Part shown: positions 63,012 to 64,000 of the stretch, in pieces | Position numbering within the stretch: the first letter of the stretch is position 1 | Layout of the letters: every line of letters begins with the position of its first letter | NCBI GenBank assembly: GCA_963720435.1 | Contig: CAVRFR010000005.1 | Location: 45,748-109,747 of the forward strand | Reading direction: 5' to 3' | DNA length: 64,000 nt | Source: an uncultured Actinomycetota bacterium | Lineage (GTDB): Bacteria; Actinomycetota; Actinomycetes; Propionibacteriales; Nocardioidaceae | Made by a program: the position numbers and the translations under genes | The notes under the pieces: generated by a model | What the model was told of the DNA's origin: nothing | What the model saw: only the letters and a program-made list of their open reading frames with translations | Database searches by the model: none

Positions 63012-64000
63012 GTCCCGGGCTTGCCGACCAGGTGAACGCCGGCGGTGATGACCGGGTGGTCGGTGGTGAAGTGGACCAGGCGGCTGCGGTCCTCGACGTA
63101 GTCGGTGAACTGCACGCCTTGTGATCCGAGGATCCAGTCGACGGCACGGGGACGGCCCGGGCGGCAGGCGCCGTTGTTGGTGCCGCCGCGTGCCGCGATC
63201 ATCGGGGCGCGAGACGTCAGGCGGCAGAAGTACGACGCGCGCTCGTTCATGTCACCGGTGATGAAGACCGGCAGCCCGGTGCGCATGAGCCGGTTGGCCA
63301 GCGCCGCCTCGACGTACGTCGCGCGCACCCGGTACTTGCCCTGGCGGTGGTAGCGCGCGGTCTCGGCGGGGTTGTGGAAGTTCGTGAACCACGCCTCGAT
63401 GCCGGTCGAGATGTTGACGAAGCCGCACCACCGGCATCTCCCGCGCACCACCGTTGAAGTACGGGATCCGGATCACGCGCTTGTCCACGGCCGTCCAGGT
63501 GTCGCGACGCCAGCCGATCGAGTTGTCGGTGCCCAGGTGGCCGCGGGAGAAGCCCGGGTAGAAGTCGAAGTTGGTGTGCCGCCCGAGGTAGGCGAGCTGA
63601 GAGCCCTGCAGCTCCTGGAAGCCCACCACGTCCGCATTGTGCTTCCGGAGCAGTGCGGCCATCCCGCCGTTCCTCCGCTTGGCGGAGGCGTAGCCCGGGT
63701 GGTTGCCGTGGCGGCCGGTGTGGCTCGCGCCCAGCACGTTGAACGAGGTCAGCTTGAAGTCGAGCTCGGGTGGCGGCTCGATGGTCGGCGACGGCTTGGG
63801 CTTGGGCTTGGGTGCCGGCTTCGGGCGAGGCTTGGAGCTGGCCGACGGCGCGGCGCTCATCGTCAGCTGGTAGCCGGCGCTGGCCGAGCTGGCCGGGCTG
63901 CTGGGGGAGCTCGCCCCGGCGGTGGGCGTGGCCTTGCTCTCGGCGGCGACCTGGTCCGGGGCGTTGGCGACGTACGTGACACCGGCACCGGTGAGGGCCA
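63008..64000 (-). CDS. Endonuclease/exonuclease/phosphatase (EEP) family protein; 5' end outside window, frameshift near 63425
   Basis: SFNVLG, GFQE, NFHN, TGDMN, VDWIL, TDHP; N-terminal Ser/Pro/Lys-rich linker. Confidence 0.82.

Overview
High-GC actinobacterial chromosome segment spanning the replication origin. Gene order and protein sequences suggest Nocardioidaceae (Nocardioides/Marmoricola-like); this is inference. The backbone is tRNA-Ile, DUF3566, gyrA, gyrB, dciA (DUF721), recF, gnd, dnaN, oriC, dnaA | rpmH, rnpA, yidD, yidC, jag, rsmG, parA (3 parS), parB; then ddl-like, aminotransferase, GNAT, cwlM, trxA, trxB, anti-sigma, sigM, pseudokinase, murJ, DUF6049, CCA-adding enzyme, MFS, ino1, padR, ponA, GT87, alr-like, femX, nfo, rpsF, ssb, rpsR, rplI and dnaB. 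Many genes, including essential ones, carry single-base frameshifts, most likely long-read assembly indels, so some boundaries are approximate. Two accessory blocks stand out. (1) After parB, a class III nucleotide cyclase-STAND ATPase-TPR gene sits head-to-head with a cNMP-binding protein whose N-terminal domain I cannot assign. (2) Between rplI and dnaB, three tandem secreted two-domain PLD-superfamily paralogs share a GGGRAP tail; the third has a very basic twice-repeated N-terminal stalk. A phased DnaA-box cluster upstream of dnaB shares extra motifs with the dnaA/oriC region. No CRISPR array, IS element or prophage was seen.
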